Positions 63,683 through 64,000 of a stretch of 64,000 bases of DNA are shown here, in pieces (the stretch's first letter is position 1; each line of letters begins with the position of its first letter). The stretch comes from Gemmatimonadota bacterium. GTDB lineage: Bacteria; Gemmatimonadota; Gemmatimonadetes; Palauibacterales; Palauibacteraceae. The notes under the pieces were generated by a model. It was not told the DNA's origin. It ran no database searches and worked only from the letters and a program-made list of their open reading frames with translations. The stretch spans positions 352,001 through 416,000 of the forward strand of contig OY762926.1 in NCBI GenBank assembly GCA_963666735.1. Direction: 5' to 3'. The position numbers were made by a program, and so were the translations under genes.

Positions 63683-64000
63683 CTAGGAGCCTGCGCCGTA
63701 GAAACCGATGGTGCGGCGCGTTTCGGGTGGTTATGGTGATGGCGTGCTGTGACGGGTTCAAGTTCGGCGCGGGGAGTTGGCGATGAGTGCGAGGTCTCTA
63801 CCGTACGATCCGGAGAGGATGCGGACGAGGTTCCGCCCGTACGATCCGGACCAGCGGTTGCTGCTGCCGCAGGATCTTCGCGAGTGGGTGCCGGCGGGGC
63901 ATCTGGCGCACCACGTGAGCGATCTGGTGGACGCGCTGGACCTGTCGGCGTTCTACGCGCGGTACGAGGGGGACGGACGCCGTCGGAGCCCGTACGATCC
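63683..64000 (+). mobile_element. Left end of an IS1182-family insertion sequence (truncated by window)
   Basis: CTAG-GAGCCTG putative target/IR junction right after the hydrolase stop, followed by the transposase start. Confidence 0.7.
63819..64000 (+). CDS. IS1182-family transposase, N-terminal part
   Basis: FRPYDPDQRLLLPQDLREWVPAGHLAHHVSDLVDALDLSAFY..Y..G..PYDP; alternative in-frame ATG at 63783. Confidence 0.85.
   Translation, partial: MRTRFRPYDPDQRLLLPQDLREWVPAGHLAHHVSDLVDALDLSAFYARYEGDGRRRSPYD

Overview
GC-rich bacterial chromosomal segment with about 50 real genes. Most long ORFs in the six-frame track are antisense or off-frame shadows. The many exported amidohydrolases, 6-bladed propeller lipoproteins, VPS10/BNR proteins and carboxypeptidase-regulatory-like proteins suggest a diderm such as Gemmatimonadota (inference only). 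Highlights: (1) A beta-glucan/laminarin-type locus (22067-33105) with no SusC/SusD in it. It holds a lipoprotein with four tandem ~180-aa putative glycan-binding repeats, GH16, GH3, a clan GH-A hydrolase fused to a probable outer-membrane barrel, and a GPH/MFS sugar symporter carrying a circularly permuted copy of the same repeat in a predicted periplasmic loop. (2) An ArsC/Spx-like selenoprotein (UxxC, in-frame TGA plus SECIS-like hairpin) that the ORF track splits. (3) A DUF2946/CruR-like leader ORF ending in the RAPP arrest motif, with His-rich rather than CxxC ligands, upstream of a metal TonB-dependent receptor and divergent from copC. (4) An ArsI/CadI-like gene coupled to a SigZ-like ECF sigma with a candidate ECF promoter. 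(5) An ABC-ATPase plus TOPRIM-like pair resembling a defence module, lying between a racemase and aconitase X genes. (6) A small secreted Cys-rich peptide plus propeller cassette, a Kelch pseudogene, and the left end of an IS1182-family element. I recognised no rRNA, tRNA or CRISPR array. All family calls come from motif recognition by eye, not database searches.
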